A DNA stretch of 51,256 bases from Thainema sp. (GTDB lineage Bacteria; Cyanobacteriota; Cyanobacteriia; Phormidesmidales; Phormidesmidaceae). Under the pieces are notes generated by a model. It did not search any database. It saw only the letters and a program-made list of their open reading frames with translations, and was not told the origin of the DNA. This document shows positions 47,939 to 51,256 of this stretch, one piece after another; the first letter of the stretch is position 1, and each line of letters opens with the position of its first letter. The position numbers and the translations under genes are program-made. Where the stretch lies: the NCBI GenBank assembly GCA_052168235.1, contig JBQLZK010000056.1, positions 1 to 51,256 of the forward strand. The letters run 5' to 3'.

Positions 47939-49045
47939 ATGGTTCGGAATTTCAAATTTGCAGTGATTAGCGATCCGCACATCGCTCTGCCGCATACCAT
48001 TTGGGATCATCCCAGCCGATTTCATTTAGTTGAAGTGAGCATTCCCGCGCTAGAGCAGATTTTGGCGCAGCTCAGTGCGTTGGATTTAGACTTTCTGCTG
48101 ATGCCAGGAGACTTGACCCAGCATGGCGAACCGGAAAATCATGCTTGGCTGGTGCAGCGCCTCAAACAGCTTCCGTTCCCCGTCTATGTCGTTCCGGGCA
48201 ATCATGATATCCCCCAGCGAGAAAAGTGCGATCGCAGCATTGGCTTAGCCGAGTTCCCCCAGTACTACACCGATTTCGGCTACAGCGATCCGAATCAACC
48301 CTATTACATTCAATCTCCGTTACCGGGTCTGCACATTATTGGGCTGAATTCCAACTTCTACGAAGCCGACGGTCAGCAGCTCAACATGGGACGGCTAGAT
48401 GAGATCCAGTTCAACTGGTTAAAAGACATTCTGCCGATGGTTCAGGATGACTTAGTGCTCGTAATGGTGCATCACAACGTGGTGGAGCACCTGCCGAATC
48501 AGCTCCAGCATCCCTTGGGACGACGCTACATGCTGCAAAATCAGGCGGAACTGCTGGCGCTACTAGAAGAGTTTGCGGTGCCGCTGATTTTCACGGGCCA
48601 TCTGCACGTGCAGGACATCGCGCCGCATCGTCATCTGTATGAAATCACCACTGGCTCACTGGTCAGCTATCCGCATCCCTACCGCATTTTGAACTACCGC
48701 ACGTTAACAGACGGTCAGGGCATGCTGACGGTTGAGACTCAGCATGTGCAGTCGGTTCCCGGCTGGCCCCAGTTGCCAGAAGCCTCTCGTGAGTGGATGG
48801 GCGATCGCTCATTGCCGTTTATGCTGCGACTGCTAACCCATCCGCCGCTGTGTTTACCAGAACCCGAAGCGAAATCCTTGGCAGATGATTTGCGCTACTT
48901 TTGGGCCGATGTTGCTGAGGGAGATGCGCTGTTTGATTTTTCGCATTTTCCGACTCAGGCACAGCGCTATTTTGAGGCATTTAGCGCCACAACAGCGACT
49001 GGAGAACTCTGCTTGATTGACAATGCCGTAACGCTGAAGCTGTAG
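47939..49045 (+). CDS. Calcineurin-like metallophosphoesterase
   Basis: SDPH, GDL, GNHD, HH, GHLH motifs. Confidence 0.92.
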   Translation: MVRNFKFAVISDPHIALPHTIWDHPSRFHLVEVSIPALEQILAQLSALDLDFLLMPGDLTQHGEPENHAWLVQRLKQLPFPVYVVPGNHDIPQREKCDRSIGLAEFPQYYTDFGYSDPNQPYYIQSPLPGLHIIGLNSNFYEADGQQLNMGRLDEIQFNWLKDILPMVQDDLVLVMVHHNVVEHLPNQLQHPLGRRYMLQNQAELLALLEEFAVPLIFTGHLHVQDIAPHRHLYEITTGSLVSYPHPYRILNYRTLTDGQGMLTVETQHVQSVPGWPQLPEASREWMGDRSLPFMLRLLTHPPLCLPEPEAKSLADDLRYFWADVAEGDALFDFSHFPTQAQRYFEAFSATTATGELCLIDNAVTLKL

Positions 49046-49050
49046 GCTTA

Positions 49051-49152
49051 TATCAAGTCTGTGTATAAAAAACCAATTTATTTTTTGTAAAACGTTTGCG
49101 GAGCAAACGTTTTACAAAAAATAAATGATGGGTTTTCAACCCGACTTGGATA
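49051..49152. mobile_element. MITE-like unit with a perfect 24-bp GGA-capped hairpin (49076-49126)
   Basis: ATTTATTTTTTGTAAAACGTTTGC-GGA-GCAAACGTTTTACAAAAAATAAAT; imperfect ends TATCAAGTC/GACTTGGATA. Confidence 0.65.
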
Positions 49153-49692
49153 TTAGAGGCTCGATACAATCGGCCAGGTGGTTAGCACAAACACGACGAC
49201 AGCCAGAATCGCCAGCAGCCCATCGATGAGATTGCCGATGACGGAGCCGACGACTGTACCGATACTGGCTTTGAGGGCTGTTTTGACTCTCGATTCTCCC
49301 TCTACTTTCTGACGAGATAGATATTCTCCAATAAATGCCCCAATGAATGGCCCGACTAAAACACCCAAGATTGGCCCTCCTATCGGCAGGGCTGGCATCA
49401 GCCCTAGAAAACCAACGACTAGACCTGCGATCGCACCAAATTGGCCCCATTTACTGGCTCCAAACTGCTTAGCGCCCCAATATGCTGCTAAAAACTCGAC
49501 TGCGGCACTGAGAATGAGGATGGCAAACACAACCACAATCGGCCAGCCAATCCCGGCAAACTGAGTCACAATCGACCAGACCAGGATTGCGGCCAAGATC
49601 ACACTTGCACCGGGCAGACCTGGAATGAGTTCTCCAACTGCGCCGAGCAGCATGATGGCAACGAGTATCCAGTACAGAGTTATGAGATCCAT
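49153..49692 (-). CDS. DUF456 family membrane protein
   Basis: IPGLPG, GAKQFGASKWG..GA..G, GPFIGAFIGE. Confidence 0.88.
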   Translation of the reverse strand: MDLITLYWILVAIMLLGAVGELIPGLPGASVILAAILVWSIVTQFAGIGWPIVVVFAILILSAAVEFLAAYWGAKQFGASKWGQFGAIAGLVVGFLGLMPALPIGGPILGVLVGPFIGAFIGEYLSRQKVEGESRVKTALKASIGTVVGSVIGNLIDGLLAILAVVVFVLTTWPIVSSL

Positions 49693-49810
49693 AAAGTTAA
49701 TCCCTTGGGATATCAGAGTTTGGCTCTTGAAACGAGACGCTACGTAAGGCTCACGCTATATCTTGATTGCTTCTCATCTGATAAATAGCTGCATATGGGT
49801 CAATGTATAT

Positions 49811-49859
49811 CTAAAAAACCGGGGGAGCGCCCCGGAGGGGCACTCCCCCGGTTTTTTAG
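49811..49859. repeat. 23-bp hairpin (1 mismatch) with GGA triloop; may also terminate the M48 peptidase gene
   Basis: CTAAAAAACCGGGGGAGCGCCCC-GGA-GGGGCACTCCCCCGGTTTTTTAG. Confidence 0.88.
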
Positions 49860-49915
49860 CTGCGCTTGTTTATGCCAACCTACTTATTGAAACGGATCTG
49901 GAACAGATCAAGCGA

Positions 49916-50767
49916 TCAAGGCAGTCTGGGAGCAACTGTTTGGTTAAAATCCTGTTCTCCTTCAACCAGAGGCTCTGGAATACCGTTGGGATAGGCTTCT
50001 TGAATAATCTCCTGGAGGCGAGCCACTCGATTACCTGGATTGGGATGAGTGCTGAGAAATTCCGGTGGTTGGCCACGGGATTCAGACGATTCAAAAATTT
50101 GCATCAGCTCAACCAAACCTTCGGGGTTGTAGTTTGCATCCGTCATGAACTGAAATCCCAGGCGATCGCTTTCCAGCTCATCTTCACGGCTGTAATTTAA
50201 ACTGACCAGTTGATTAACGGCCTGGGCAATAACGGCGGCTTGTCGTCCACTGTCATAATTCTCGCTGGCGGCAATCCCAATGGCATTGACCAAAATCGCC
50301 CCTAGCTGCTGCTTAGCCAAATGTTCCGCGCCGTGGCGAGCAACGACATGCCCAATTTCATGACCCAGAACTCCGGCAAGCTGTGACTCGGCATCCAGGG
50401 TCTTTAGTAAACCTGTCGTGATAAAAACTTGTCCACCCGGAAGGGCAAACGCATTGACGGTATTGGGATCATCAATTAGATGAAATTCAAACGGATAGGG
50501 AGATTGCGATGCTTGAGATTCTTGCAAAACCTGTTGCCCAACCTCGTCAATATACGCTTGCAGCGTTGGGTCAGGATAAAGCCCGCCCATTTCGGCCAGC
50601 ACTTCTTGCTGTCCTTGCTGCCCGAGGACAATCTCTTGCTCTGGCGATAGGGCAACTCGCTGCTTTTCACCAGTAATCGGATTCTCTGAAACGCTACCCC
50701 AATAGTTGAAGAGCCCAAAGATCACAAATAAGAGTCCCAAACCAAGACGTACAAGTAGGCTGCCCAC
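49916..50767 (-). CDS. M48 family zinc metallopeptidase
   Basis: NAFALPGG, HEIGH, YSREDELESD, FLSTHP. Confidence 0.93.
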   Translation of the reverse strand: MGSLLVRLGLGLLFVIFGLFNYWGSVSENPITGEKQRVALSPEQEIVLGQQGQQEVLAEMGGLYPDPTLQAYIDEVGQQVLQESQASQSPYPFEFHLIDDPNTVNAFALPGGQVFITTGLLKTLDAESQLAGVLGHEIGHVVARHGAEHLAKQQLGAILVNAIGIAASENYDSGRQAAVIAQAVNQLVSLNYSREDELESDRLGFQFMTDANYNPEGLVELMQIFESSESRGQPPEFLSTHPNPGNRVARLQEIIQEAYPNGIPEPLVEGEQDFNQTVAPRLP

Positions 50768-51256
50768 TCCTGAATACCCATAAACAGTTAGAGCAGACGA
50801 TACAATGTCTCACCTCTATCGGACACCTAGCTCAGGGATGAAATTAAGGAGTCGATAGAAAGTGGGATGGAAAGTGCAATGGAAGTGCGATCGCATTTTC
50901 ATATGACTGCCTATGTTGCGATCGCTAACTCATCCGCCGTTATCTTTACCGGAACCAGCAGTAAAGCCCTTAGCAGATAATTTGCGCTACTTTTTAAATT
51001 TGCCCACAGAGATATGAATATATTGAACTCGTCAGCCTAGTCGTCTAGATATGGGCATTAGGCTAAAGGTTTCACTCTAATTAATAGTTGTACCGCTTAG
51101 TTCTTGGCTTAGGCGGTACTTGACAGCCATCTGCGAGAGAAGCGTTTGTATTAAATGCAAGGTATTCCTGTTTGAGTTGAAGAATGAATGCAAAGAAGCT
51201 AAATATAGCGGTTCTCATTCGAATGAGGTACAGTAGCAGTCGTTTATGAACCAGTT

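Larger units (their letters stand above)
1..51256. repeat. HIP1 octamer GCGATCGC dispersed throughout (dozens of copies)
   Basis: Recurs in most core genes and intergenic regions; not exhaustively counted. Confidence 0.95.

Noticed and set aside
47939..49045. Metallophosphoesterase as the ligase-associated partner
   Set aside because: About 45 kb away and longer, with a general CpdA-like motif layout
1..51256. CRISPR array, tRNA/rRNA, transposase, integrase or prophage
   Set aside because: No regularly spaced repeats, cloverleafs or matching ORFs were seen

Overview
Chromosomal segment of a cyanobacterium, inferred from dozens of HIP1 octamers (GCGATCGC), a ThiO-ThiG fusion, a DHH/CBS tRNA nucleotidyltransferase and the sll1769-spkI-pphA-like cluster; a filamentous Leptolyngbya-like taxon is likely but unproven. 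It holds about 40 mostly housekeeping or metabolic genes: gltA, ATP-dependent ligase, AGCS symporter, PLD/ComA-like nuclease, rfbB, GH57, GH116, ureA/ureB, bestrophin, gluconokinase, a VapBC-like pair, kinases and a phosphatase, an EF-G paralog and an M48 peptidase. These are interspersed with AT-rich, apparently HIP1-free single-gene cassettes. I see no CRISPR array, rRNA, tRNA, transposase or prophage. The least explained signal is non-coding: a set of 21-24 bp intergenic hairpins with unrelated stems but a shared GNA triloop, mostly C-GGA-G, several inside MITE-like units (one triply nested). There is also a candidate sRNA with its own promoter and terminator behind gltA. Protein-level oddities are a probable pseudokinase, a chimeric antitoxin, a ComA-like protein without its HhH domain, an AGCS transporter with an altered FSNEAG motif, and ureA-ureB coupled to a bestrophin instead of ureC. 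All family calls come from motif recognition, not from database searches.
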